Below, one piece after another: positions 26,472-38,622 of a stretch of 64,000 nucleotides of DNA. Numbering within the stretch: position 1 is the stretch's first letter; the number at the start of each line of letters is the position of its first letter. Below the pieces are notes generated by a model. That model saw nothing but the letters and a program-made list of their open reading frames with translations, did no database searches and was not told the origin of the DNA. This DNA is from Zygnema circumcarinatum SAG 698-1b (taxonomy: Eukaryota; Plantae; Zygnematophyceae). The stretch lies in the NCBI GenBank assembly GCA_037447605.1, contig CM074820.1, forward strand, positions 1,426,001 to 1,490,000. The letters run 5' to 3'. The translations under genes were made by a program, and so were the position numbers.

Positions 26472-28217
26472 ATGGCGGCCATGGCGGCGATCCGCCATGG
26501 GCTCTTCGCTCACCCGGCAGCCGCTGCACTCCTCATGCTGCCTTCCATATACCTGGTCTCCCTCGCCGTCTACTCGCTGCCGGATCCATGGCTGCGCTTC
26601 GCCAACGCCTCCTTTACTTGGCTTCCCTTTCCACACTCAACCGAGATCTATTCTCGCCCTGGTTGCTCCCTCAAGGCCCGCGTTGCGCAGCGCTCTCAGC
26701 TCCATGGAATCTGCTGGGCGAAGCGCGAGCGCGACTGCTTCTCTCCCCCCCCGCAGGGCCCGGCCATGGCGGATGGAAGCTCCCTCCTGCAGGAAAAGCT
26801 GCGGCGGCACGAGGTCATGCAGAGCCGCTGCACGGCCTCCGTCAAGGACTGGGCGGCGCTGGTCGCGGGAGAGGAGGCTCCTCCTGACGCCACGTGTCAG
26901 TACGTGATAGGGCACCCTCAGAGCCAAGGCCTGGGGAACCGTTTGGAGGCCGTGGTCTCCCTCTTCCTGTACGCGCTGCTCACAGAGAGGGTGCTCTTAG
27001 TGCAGGATGCAGAGTTTCTGCGCCTCCTCTGCGACCCCTTTCCAAACGCCACGTGGCGTCTGCCGGAGAGCGCGGATCAGCAGGTGCAGGAAATGGTGCA
27101 GCAAGGCCCACACTTTGACGGTTTTTTCAGCGGCAGGGAGGGTGGGAATGCAAACCAGAGTTTGAATCATGTTTTCGTGGATTGGGCTTATATTTACAGC
27201 CATGGCGGACAGAATGTCTATTGCGATGACGCGCAGGAGGCGCTGAAAGGAGTGCGGTCTCTGCTTATAAGATCGGATCAATTCTTTGTTCCGGGCCTGT
27301 TCCTTATCTCGAGCTTTAGGGCAGAGCTTGAAGCGCTTTTCCCCGATCGATCGCCGTTCTTTTACTTAGCGCGGTACATTGCGAACCCTAATAACCAGCT
27401 CTGGGAGAAGATCACCAGGCTCTATGAAAGCGAAATGATGCACGCGGATCAGCGGGTAGGTGTGCAGATAAGGCAGTGGGCTAAGCGTCAAGAAGAGGTG
27501 CCCATTGATTTCATGATGCACTGCATCACCAACATCAGCCGAGTTCTCCCTCCGCCCATTTCGTCAGAGGAATGGAGTCGACTCTGGAAGGGGGCGCAGT
27601 CCGGTGATTCGCAGTTCAATTGGCCGGATGAGGAGAGAGCTCGCATAGAGAAGGTTATCACAAATGACGATCCAAAACGAGTGGTGATGCTGGTTACTTC
27701 GCTTCACCCGCATCATCCCGCAGATTTCCAGAAGCATTACCGTGATGGAGTTGCAGAAGACGGGAGCGTGGTCACTGTGCTCTCTCTCAGCAGTAACCAG
27801 CAGGAAATCCATCACCTTTCAGCTGACGAGCAAGCGCTGACGGAGATATTCCTGCTCAGCTTCTGCGATGTTCTGTTTACAACCTTCTTTTCCACGTTCG
27901 GATATGCGGCTGCTGGATTGCAGGGCCGGCCTCAGTACCTTGTCGATGTATATGCTGCAGTGGGCCAAGAAGACATTGTGAACGGGCAGCATCCTGCCTG
28001 CACGAGAGTGGAGTCCGGCGAGCCCTGCTTCCACTTTCCCCCTCATGAGAGAAGCTGCAAAGGGGCAACTGCACCGGAAGCAAGCATAGAGCCGCCTTAT
28101 CTTCAAGCATGTCTTGACACAAATAACGGCACAGGACGGCGATTGAGGCTCGGAGAGGTTCTGTCCGACCACGTGAGAGCAGGATTGAAGCATGGAATGA
28201 ATAGGAAGCTTATTTAG
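26472..28217 (+). CDS. Xyloglucan/galactoside 2-alpha-L-fucosyltransferase (GT37, FUT1-like), intronless, type II membrane anchor
   Basis: Single ORF (track 26319..28217; likely start at ATG 26472). Motifs CQYVI...GLGNRLEAVVSLFLYALLTERVLLV, LCDPFP..W.LP, SDQFFVPGLF, RVGVQIR, ALTEIFLLSFCD...STFGYAAAGLQG and EPCFHFPP. Confidence 0.93.
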   Translation: MAAMAAIRHGLFAHPAAAALLMLPSIYLVSLAVYSLPDPWLRFANASFTWLPFPHSTEIYSRPGCSLKARVAQRSQLHGICWAKRERDCFSPPPQGPAMADGSSLLQEKLRRHEVMQSRCTASVKDWAALVAGEEAPPDATCQYVIGHPQSQGLGNRLEAVVSLFLYALLTERVLLVQDAEFLRLLCDPFPNATWRLPESADQQVQEMVQQGPHFDGFFSGREGGNANQSLNHVFVDWAYIYSHGGQNVYCDDAQEALKGVRSLLIRSDQFFVPGLFLISSFRAELEALFPDRSPFFYLARYIANPNNQLWEKITRLYESEMMHADQRVGVQIRQWAKRQEEVPIDFMMHCITNISRVLPPPISSEEWSRLWKGAQSGDSQFNWPDEERARIEKVITNDDPKRVVMLVTSLHPHHPADFQKHYRDGVAEDGSVVTVLSLSSNQQEIHHLSADEQALTEIFLLSFCDVLFTTFFSTFGYAAAGLQGRPQYLVDVYAAVGQEDIVNGQHPACTRVESGEPCFHFPPHERSCKGATAPEASIEPPYLQACLDTNNGTGRRLRLGEVLSDHVRAGLKHGMNRKLI

Positions 28218-28711
28218 GCATATGCTTGAAACATGCTTTTATTTATATTTTTTAGTTTTGTCTGAGGCTCGTCGGGGGAGTTGGAGAGCTGTATGAAGAG
28301 TCGTAGGGGTATTCTTTCGCAGCAAGCCTCCATCTTGAGGAAAAGGATGGGGGCGGTACAGGTCTCTCAGGATCGGGCCTTTTCCATGCCATTGTGTGGA
28401 AGGTTTCCGTTGTATTTTTTGGACCTCGTGCATGTGCTGCTGCTGCCGCCGTTAGGGATGGATGGCCGGCCGTGGCAAGCGTCCGGTTACTTTGTAATAG
28501 TAAAAATTCGGTTTGTTGGATTGTTTATTTATAATAGCAATTCTTCGTTGAGTGTTTTGTTGATATCCATTGGAGCGGTGACCGCTCAGTGCTCTGCAAG
28601 GAGTCTTAACCGCTGCATGCATGCATGCTGGAAAATTTGCATGTCAGATCTGAAAAGACGTCATTTTTATAAGCCCGAAAAATCCTGAAACCTTTAAACC
28701 CCTAAAACCCT

Positions 28712-29649
28712 AAAGCCCGCCTGGTCGTATTGCCCCCAACCCCCGTCCTGTCCCCTGCCGTACGCCCCCGAATCGCGCCGCGCCACGCGTCACCCGCACG
28801 TGCGAGTTTGTGTGCAGGCGGCCGCCCCCTTGTCGGCCCCTCCCTCTCCCTCTCCCTCTCCTCGGCCGTCTGGACGCGCGGGCGGGCAGCCATGGGGGCG
28901 AGGGCTGGGGGTTGCTGAGGGGCGAGGGCCGGGGGGGCGGGGCGGGAGGAGGGGGATGCTGAGGGAGTGGCCGATGTGAAGGAATTGAGTTTGTGGTTGA
29001 AAGTGTCTGCGACGCTCCGCTGCAACCTCTGTTCGGATGCTCGCGTCACATCAGGAGCTTTTGCTGGAGACGTAGCGGGTGCTGCGCTGCTGTCGTTCTG
29101 TTGCGATTGTGGAAAGCGGAGCATGGATGATGACTGCAACGTCAAGCTGTTTGCATGCAGGAGGCTGAAGTACTGCTGTCAGAGATTGATTCAGAACCAA
29201 GCAATGACATTGTGAATACTGACAGTGTGGCGAGGTCACGCGGCTCAAATTATTGCATCGACTAAAGACTTGAAACTTCACTTCATTCGTCCGAGTCAAA
29301 CACCAAATCATTGAAAGGTTTGTTTCAGCATACTGAGCCGTTCTCATCGTTTTGCATGACGATGTCACGAGTTGTCCGAGGATCAGCAAATGCAGGAAGT
29401 GTCTTTAGCTTGTCACAAGGAGTGAAGAAAAGTTGAATAAGAGTGGGCAGGTTATCAGCAACTTTGGATTTGGATCAGTGAGCGCGAAGGCTGCTACATC
29501 ATGGTCTGATTCAAACATACACAGCACTTGAAGAACTACTTTCCTTTACTTCCTTCGATGCACGTCCGAAACCTTTTTGTTTGATTGCAAGATTGCAGAC
29601 ATGCGGTGTGTCCCTGCATCCACCCACAGATCAAGTGAATTTCCAACTT
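28712..29649 (+). pseudogene. Orphan duplicate of the 5' upstream/UTR region of gene C (homologous to about 18544-19453), lacking its CDS
   Basis: Core 28955-29185 is about 93% identical to 18945-19185. Patchy homology continues to ACAGATCAAGTGAATTTCCAACTT and then stops. Confidence 0.65.
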
Positions 29650-30094
29650 AAGGGAATCGAGTCCCCTTTCCGCTCCCACGTATGGCAATTAATCCATGCA
29701 TGGCAATCACGTCCATGGCATGGCAATCGCATGCATGGCATGGCATGTACCTCGCTCGGACCCGGGTCAATGGGCAATCCTGCGCGCCGCTCTCAACCAT
29801 AATTTGGAATCTCCCCAGGACCATCACAATGTAAATAAAATAAAAGATTTAAAAAACACAGTTCTCTTCAAATCCTAACACATTTAATAGAATTTCTATT
29901 GAATTGAAACGCCGTTTCAAACGTACAGAACGAGCACTAGACTAACATTTAGTACGCCTTGAGGTGCTCCAATAAATCGCCTAACCAAGCTAACTAACTT
30001 TAACCATTTAAAAGTAAAAAAAATTGTCCCTTCCATTACCCATCCAGCAATCCCTCCCCTTATATTCAACCAACATCAAGTTATCCCTTCAAAG

Positions 30095-32909
30095 CTAATA
30101 CTTTATCCCATTCAGGCTCAAGTAACCTCGGGACATTTTGCCCCCTGTCATGCGGAGCTCATTCACAAGTTGGGGCCCATTGGAGGCGAGTGCTCCTATA
30201 AAGTAATCGCAGTCTGCTGCAATCATGAGGTTCACTATGTAGCTCGCCTCCATGGCTGCCTGGTGATCGCTGTCACGGAAGTACATGTGACTGGAAGCAG
30301 AACCATCATGGCGAGCTTCATTGGTGTAGTAGAATCTCCAGTCTGAATATCCTTCTGCTGCTTCAACAACACTCTGCAGGAGCAATAGAGCTGAGGGAAG
30401 TGGTCACTGCTTCAGCAATAGAGTTGACCATAGATATCAATATCCATAGTCAGCTCTCAGCAGACCAATGTTAAAGCCGATGAAAGAAAGGACATCGCAA
30501 AGAGGAGGACACAAATGCATAGAAGTGAACACGCAAAGTGTTCGGAATCACATAAGGAAAGCGTTCCTTTCCATGCAGAAAAGACGCACCTGAACTTCAG
30601 TGGTGAGCCAAATATGGTGAATGTCAGGAGCATGGAAACGGAGCCTTTCCGCGAGCCACATGTGAGCAGTCATTGTGAAGAGCTTCATCTCCTTCGCTTT
30701 ATCCCCCAACCTCACATGCATGCTCACTATGGGACGAGGCATGTACGGTTCGCTGCGACTCCACACACTGCCTTCTAACGTTGACCCTGTCAAGTCTGCT
30801 GCACTCAGTGCAAAAAACTCATCTTTTGCCCTTCTGCGACTCATCATGGTGAGATGTCTCAGCCCTGTCTCTGCAGCAGCAATATGAGATGCCACGTGGC
30901 GGCCAAATGCATCATGGCGAGCACGGTTCATGAGATGGCAGAGGTATGCGGAGGGATGACGCATCAGAAAGCGAACTGCTTGCCCTCTCCACCATAGGTC
31001 CTGCAGCACAACATGCAGACTCAGTCAGTCAAATTCGTTTTGCATAGCTCAAACGGCAAGAGAAGATTGAAGATAGAAGATTTATCTTCCGTAAAGATGA
31101 TTACCACAGAAGGAAGGCTGGTTGATCTTCACAACTCGAGATCAAATCTACATTCATTCTGGAAAGGGGATGCAGCCGCCACGACAACGTATTGGATATG
31201 CGAATGGGTCAGTCACAAACATAGGATTCTGAATAGCCGGCCAAGAGATGGAGGAAGGGGCAGAGTGAGCACATAACACGCGAATGATACTCCAAAATAT
31301 AATGTATAATATTTGATCCATCGGAGCGAAATTAGGGTTTTCATTAGGGTTTTCCGGTAATACATGAGTGACTCTGCGGCTTCTCCCCAGCTCCTCGAAG
31401 GAGTCCCCAGATTCTTTCCATGGTTCGCCCCATTTCCTGCCACGTGGCGTAAAATCCCCTCAGCTTCAAGCTGAAAACTTACTTCTCTTCAAAGAAATGG
31501 TCACTTACTCGCTCTCCGCATTCCGACCGACAATTTCACGATGTGTAAGTTTTCTTCTCCTGCCTATTTCCTATCCTTTTCGCACATCAGGACAGTTTCA
31601 ACGAGATCTTACGTGTAGGAAATGTTGGACCGAATAAATGGTAGCAAATTTGACAATGTCACCAACGGCGCATCCGATGCGAAAACTGCCCACACAGTGC
31701 TTTCAGTATAAGAAGGAGAGCCATGGCGGAGCAAGCCTGCAGCTCGCCTCTCACACTCAGATGATGTGACGGGAAAGAAGTAGCAGTTCAGAGACCCCTT
31801 CCTCTCTCCTGCACACATAAAAAAGCCGACAATGACAATAAGGAACAACAACAAAGCAGCCAAAAGACCACTATCCTCTCCGCCAATGGTGCAATCTTTT
31901 GCCTAACAATGACACCACACTTTGTTTAGGGAAGAAACTATGTACCCTGGCAGCCGCTGTGATCGGCCCGGAAAAACGTCCCCATTTGCGGAACGAGAAT
32001 TCTATTGCTGGCTAAAGCGAAGTTCAAAGCGGAGGCCATGAGGTGAATCTGGGAGCCGAAGCCATGCGTTTTGCTTCCCCATTTCACGAGCAGGAAGCGA
32101 TGCTCGGAGCTGCTGCAGTCCGCAGGAAACTGGTGTAGCCAAAGGTCCGTCTGCACCCTCCTCGTCTTCGCCAGATTGTCTTCATCTGCACCTTTCACCT
32201 GCGTGGAGACAAGCAAACAATTCCAATGCATAGGCTATAAGAATTTCAGCGTTAATGGAGTATTCTCCGATCGTGTAAAGCAAGAGGTACGAGAAAACTG
32301 GGAAAGATTGCATGCATACGCAAGGCACATACAAACATGCATACGTGCATGCAAAAACATTCATACTTACACACCCACGGAGGCCTGGGGTTCTCTCCAG
32401 CAGCCCATGCAGGGTCTACGCCTTCCGGGCCTCTCGATTCCTCTCCCTCTCTCTCCCTCGAGCGCTCTAAGCAGTCTTCCAAATGAGGGGCCCATGGAAC
32501 CGCTGTTCCGTTGGCATCCGTCCATACAGCTCTTCTTGCTACCTTCTTCGATGGCCCCGTGGCGTTGCTCAGATCGTAAGTTTCCGTCCATAGCTGCAGG
32601 AGATGGAAGCGACGGCTTAACCTCCACTTGGGGTTCAAATAGAGCTTAAAGGTTGGTTGCTTTCTCCTACCATCATTCAATTTAACGAGTGCTTACTTCA
32701 AAAACGGGTGTACTTTCACTACAATTTGAAGGAGCGAGAGAGTGCATACACCCCCCCACCTCATGTATCTCCCGTGCGCGGATGCTTGTGCGGGCATTGC
32801 GCCCGGACGGTACTTCTCCGGAATGCTTCCCCTCTGCTGCGATGCACAGACCTGCAAGCACCTGCAGCGCGAGCAGCGCGAGCACCTGTCTCCCCCCCCC
32901 CCGCCCCAT
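30095..32909 (-). CDS. Alpha-1,6-fucosyltransferase-like (GT23-like) paralog D
   Basis: Same exon structure and motifs as C: [86 protein letters not shown] and MTGGKMSRGYLSLN. Confidence 0.88.
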
Positions 32910-33364
32910 GCCTTTCCCTCCCTCCCCCAGAGGGCCCCTCCCGGCCCGGCCCGGCCCGGGGCAAGGCATCCTCCCTGCCCTGCCGGAAGCGGGCCGGCCC
33001 TCGATAAAGGCACACCCCTGCAGCGCAGCGCTCGATAAAATGACTTATGCAGCCTCATGCTCGATACATTCCAGCTTCGCTCCTGATAAGGTTACTCATC
33101 TGCAGCGCCAATTTCGATAAAATCACGTCCGTTGGAGCGCCGCGCCCGATAAGTGTTGCGATGACGTCAGGACCGCGAACACCCTCGGCTTGCACCGACA
33201 TTATCGCCACGAAACCGATATGACGATACTGAGATACGACAATATGTAGATATGGCGATACGTTACATCTTTCGCTGACGGCCCGCTCTAATTCTCATGA
33301 CTTCTCGACAAAGTCAAACATTGCCCGTACTGCCACGTGGCATCAAGTGATTGGCAATTGTCAA

Positions 33365-35083
33365 GGGGGCGACTATTTACAGTGTACTTCTTCTGAATGT
33401 AGTGTACGTTTTCGCCGGGCAGAAAAAAAAGGTTTTTTTTGGCGAAAAATGCTGTTTCACACTTTTCAGAATAGATACAGACCTTTTTTCGTCGGATGTA
33501 CGGATGATGATTTGAAATGTACGAAGCGCGCGCGTCTACAAGGTATAAGGGCGCAACACGTGGAGCGACGTGATTGGTTGCGGTAACATATGACGTGGCA
33601 AGTATGTTTGGGACCGTGACGTGACGAAACGAGACGCGACAAAAGTGGAGTCCACGGATGAGCAGTCGGAAATGGCGCGAATTAAAACTGACAGATTTTT
33701 CCTGAAACACGCTACGTTATGTGCCCTATCTTTTTCTGTCAGTTTTAATTCCCGCCATTTCCGACTGCTCATCCGCGGACTCCACTTTTGTCGCGTCTCG
33801 TTTCGTCACGTCAAGGTGCCAAACATACTTGCCACGTCATATGTTACCGCGACCAATCACGTCGCTCCACGTGTTGCGCCCTTATACCTTGTAGACGCGC
33901 GCGCTTCGTACATTTAAAATCAGCATCCGTACATCCGACGAAAAAAGGTCTGTATCTATTCTGAAAAGTGTGAAACAGCATTTTTCGCCAAAAAAACCTT
34001 TTTTTTTCTGCCCGTCAAAAACGTACACTACATTCAGAAAAAGTACACTGTAAATAGTCGCCGGAAAATTCTATTCTCACACCTTTTTTGTCTACACACA
34101 GACCTCTTTTCGCTGGGCAGATTTTAAAATAGACAAAAAAGGAAAACACCTTTCACACCTTTTTTTTTTTCACCTTTTTTTTCACAAGTTTTTGGAATCG
34201 ACACACGCTACTAGTCCTGAGCGGCCGAGCGCCGTGAGACCTTTTTCTGTCGGGCAGATTTTACTCCTTATCATTTATTTTCAGAGAAAAAAATATCTGC
34301 CTGCCCGAATCCGCTCGGAGCGGAAGATCCGTCCGCCACGAGATCGTTCGCGGGTGGCCGTCCTTCACACGTGCAATAATTTTCCGCCGTCGATATTCAC
34401 GCAGATCGCACCATGGCAGATCACCGTTCGATCAGCAGCCGGGCTCTGTCCCACGTGTCCCACCCAAGCCGGCTCCAAGGACCGTACAAAAGGCGTACGC
34501 CCGCAGCTTCGAGGAAAGTCAAAAAACGTAATAATTAAAGTTGTGCCTGTACCAATCACAGTTTGCCACGTTTAAAAAGAGCACGCGGCAGATGATGATT
34601 GGTTCAAGCTCGCAATGTAAGGAATTTAGACTTTCCTCGAAGCTGCGACCGTACGAGCTGTGTACGGACCTCGAGCCTGCTCGGGTGGGACACGTGGGCG
34701 TGTGCCATTCGCTGGAACCGAGCCCATCGAACGGTGATCTGCCGTGGTGTGATCTGCTCTAGAATCGACGGTGTATAGTTTCTGCACGTGTGAAGGACGG
34801 CCACCCGCGAACGATCTCGTGGCGGACGGATCATCTGCTCCGAGTGGATTCGGGCAGGCCGATATTTTTTTCTTTGAAAAAAACAAGAAGGGGTAAAATC
34901 TGCCCGATGGAGAAAGGTGTGTATCGATTTCAAAAAGGTGGGAAAAAAATGGTGAAAAAAAAAAAGGTGAGAAGGTGTGAAAGGTGTGTTCTTTTTTTGT
35001 GCTATTTTAAAATCTGCCCGTCGAAAAGAGGCCTGTGTGTAGACAAAAAAGGTGTGAGAATAGAATTTTCCATAGTCGCCCCC
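33365..35083. mobile_element. Composite foldback (long-TIR) non-autonomous element: two fused palindromes with outer TIR GGGGGCGACTAT
   Basis: P1: arms 33370-33695 and 33735-34062, near-perfect. P2: arms about 34063-34520 and 34630-35083, imperfect. TTGTCAA flanks both outer ends (33358-64, 35084-90). Confidence 0.85.
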
Positions 35084-35242
35084 TTGTCAAGTTTGGACTT
35101 TTACGTCTGTGGGGGCCGCGGCTGCACAGTGCCGTACAGTGCCGGCCGGAGCCCTAGGCGGCACATTTTGTCGTTTTGTTCGGCAAAAGCACTTAACCAT
35201 GGAAATAAATTAGTGCAGCGGGCCCATTCCAATTATTTTTCC

Positions 35243-35385
35243 ATGGTTCAGGGTTTAAGGGGTCAGGGTTTAAGGGTTAGGGTTTAAGGTTATGGTTCAG
35301 GGTTTAGGGGTTAGGGTTTAAGGTTATGGTTCAGGGTTTAAAATTTCAGGCTTACGGTTTCGGGGTTTCGGGTTCAGGGTTTAGG
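35243..35385 (+). repeat. Degenerate interstitial telomere-like repeat (TTTAGGG/TTCAGGG variants)
   Basis: About 18 imperfect GGGTTT(A/C) units. Confidence 0.75.
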
Positions 35386-35907
35386 GAACAAAAGAAAGGG
35401 AAAAATAAATCTGTGTTGAGCTCCAACTATTTGGGGCGCTTCTGGATGAAGATAAGCTTTTGGTGTTTAAACATGAAACCCCTATTAAATATCCTTATGG
35501 TCCGTGTCTTTCTTTCTTCCTTTGCTGTTGTCCAAAGCTCTGCCAGCTCGAAGGGTTCACTATTACTTTTCTGAAGGGCCATTTTCACATCTGAACATTT
35601 CTCGCCTCACAGGGCGCCCTCAGCTGCAGCCCCTCCCCTTGAGAGGCCCCTGCCCGACCCTGCCCAGCAATTCAGAACACTCATCAATGCAAACAGCGTC
35701 GCCAAACTGCATCCCATGATGTCACTGATGTAACATCATCCCATACATTAGCAAACACGGAGAGCTTGTACAAAGGGTGCAGGGGTTAGCTTCCTGCAAA
35801 TGCTAAGGTCAACATGTAATCTCCATACTTAACATCTCCAAGGAGATGTAAGCCCAAAAACAGCCCACTCCTCTGTAATCTGTTTGGTGCGTGGAAAGGC
35901 CCTTTGT

Positions 35908-35982
35908 AGAGGTCATGAAAGTTCAAGGCCCCGCCTGCGACTGGCGCTTTCTGCCGAGCCTGTCATGTATTCACAATCCTCT
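35908..35982 (-). promoter_or_regulatory. SECIS element (form 2) in the SelT 3'UTR
   Basis: Minus strand AGAGGATTGTGAA-TAC-ATGAC-AGGCTCGGC-AG-AAA-GCG-CCAGT-CGC-AG-GCGGGGCCT-TGAA-CT-TTCATGACCTCT. It contains helix I, the AUGA/GA quartet, helix II, an apical AAA and a mini-stem. Confidence 0.88.
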
Positions 35983-36096
35983 GCGCCTCCACACATCCCT
36001 CCCACACCATGCATGAAGGCATGGTGCATTGCAGGAGCTGAAAGGACATGGCCATGGCCGTCCGCTTTCAACGCCATGATTGAGCAGCTGAAAGAC

Positions 36097-37994
36097 CTAA
36101 TCCCGGGTCCGCAGTGCAAGACGAGTCTGCTCAATGAGCTCAGCCTCAGACGGCATGCGATTCTCCGCCAGCTTGGAAAATATCTGCACGGACAGATCAT
36201 TGTAGTCACTAACAGCAAGCACTCTCCATCACCAACATATGAATTACTTCAGTCGCTCCAGTATCAGCATCTGTATTTTGGAACCTGCTTTCAGAGCAAT
36301 CTAAACTTTTCCCTTTCCCTCCTTCTACCAGCTAGGTGGTGCTCTGCAATGCAGCCTTACCATCCTCCCATTGTAGGATACTTCGAAGGCGCCAGTGCTA
36401 AGAAGCCCGCTGTGCATCACATTCCCAAGTATCCAAATGCCAGCTGCCGCCCCAATCTTGTTCTGCTGAATGCTCATATACCACGATGGGGGCTGAATGA
36501 TGCCCAGAGCTGGGAATATGGCATCACCCGCAAATGTAATGGCTAAGCCTGCAAGCTGCCCTGCTCCCACAAGGCGGGAGAGGAGAACATTCTGCGGAGG
36601 GGGAGGATGATTTGCGAGAGTAACCGGCACATCTGGAAAGTGGACATGCAAGACCTCCTTTACCTGCATGGCCACATTTCTGCAAACGCAGGACAAAAGC
36701 ATGTTATACCTACCTCGTCTCTCGTAAACAAAATTTAAAATGGCTGAAGAGCAAGCCTAACGGTATCTCTGTAAACACTAATAGCCTGCGCTTACCATGG
36801 TGTGTGCTGCTACCTGTCTGTGCTACTGCTTGATGACTGACTGAGTCTAACCTACTGATTACTTATGCAGGGCAGCTGTGGTTTGAATGGCCTGAACTTA
36901 ACCAGTAAATGCATGCCAGTGTCCTAACCACATAGCCATACGAACAATATTCATACGTCAGTGCAGAGAGGTCCTAAGTGAACAGATTTAGGCCTATAGG
37001 AGATCAGGGTGATGAGGAGGCACAGGCCGAAGGACCACATCATGCCGCATACCAGCGCATACTTCTGAACATGAATTTATGCAGGGCTATGGAATATTGC
37101 TTAAGTCAGGCCCTTAAAACATACTGCTGCCCCTGCTACAAAGTCGTACAAGACTCAGAAGGCATCCTCTAACTCAACAGAAGTAAGGAACAGCCTAAAA
37201 GCAGCCTAAAAGACAGAAAGCGAGACTGTATAGGAATGGAAAACAAAGAACAATAGTAAGGGTTACCTGTAAGATCACGAAGTGCAGAAAGAAATATGGA
37301 TGTTGCCATTCGCACTTCCTTCCGATGTGCTCGCTGCGACCAACGGGCGTTCACTTTCCATCTTGACCTGTCAATTGAAGCCAGCGATAGGAATTAGCTT
37401 CAGGTGCGCCTTGGGAGTTTCAGCGCACAAGTAGAGGCTTTAATTTCTCCTTTTGCTGATCCATCAGTAAGGGAACTGATATAGTACCGGCTGAATATGT
37501 GAGCTGCCTAAAGATTGATTGTATTATGAGGCTGAAAGCTTTAAGAGCCTCGCTGAGATTGTTAATTGCATATAAATTAAGTCAGGGTTTTTGAATCACA
37601 AGGCGAAGGCAAGGGTTAAAGCTTAGTACCAGACGAAGGTAGTGGAAGCGAAGAAACTGTATCCACGTATTTTGTTGGTAGATTTAGGACTGTTTATGTT
37701 TCTTCGAGTAATACTGGCTCGTTAGCTGTTAGCTGTTAGATGATATTGGCAGCTAGTCGCTCTACATGGCCAAAACTGGAATCGGATCTGTTCTGGTAAA
37801 CTTCCACAATAAAATAAATTGTCAACAAGCAGACTGAGGCAGGGATGCGAGGTGGAGCCAGCCCCCTGCAGGCGCACCTGAGGGTCCGCCTCCGCGTCTG
37901 CCCCCGGCGGCTGCAGCGCTCGCCAGACGTCGCCTCCCAGCACGGCGAGCAGCAGCGCCGCCAGCAGCGCCACCCCTCTCCACTCCCCGGCCAT
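36097..37994 (-). CDS. SELT: Selenoprotein T (SelT) with Sec-encoding UGA at 37277-37275
   Basis: Exons 37994-37878 (signal peptide), 37367-37267 (...NIHISF-C-T-S-U-SYR), 36679-36361 (NVAMQVKEVL...LANHPPP...LLSTGAFEVSYNG) and 36183-36097 (IFSKLAENRMP...TAG). The UGA aligns with the second residue of the SelT CxxU/CxxC motif, and a SECIS lies downstream. Confidence 0.93.
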
Positions 37995-38257
37995 GCCTGC
38001 AGACGCTCCCCTCCCCTCCCCTCAGGCAGGAGGCGAGGCCTTGCAGGCGCCACGAGGGCACATGCTGCGGCCATGGGGGGGGGACCCCCAGCAACATGTG
38101 CCTGGCAATCTTCCAATGGCGACATGACACGTGTACATACATGCCTACGTGGCGAGCCACAATTGGAGAGGCTCGGCCCGGTTCGCGGTGAAGGCCCGGC
38201 GCGCTTTCTGGAGGGCTCTCCTCTCCTGGCAGGCGGGCAGGCTCATGGACGCCTGGC

Positions 38258-38402
<145 letters not shown>

Positions 38403-38622
38403 ATGGATGGTGAGCAGCATGGTGTGATGGTCATGATGGTGATGGTGATGCCCATGCATGCATGCATGTCGAACTGGCATGTTGCTGGATGATGGATGAT
38501 GATGATGATGATGATCTCCGCGCGGCGGCGCTGTGAAAGGGGCGAAGGATGGGCCTTCTAGGAGGAGTCACAGGACGGAGCGGAGGGGAGGGTGCCCGCC
38601 CCCCGCGGGCAGGTAGCTCGCC

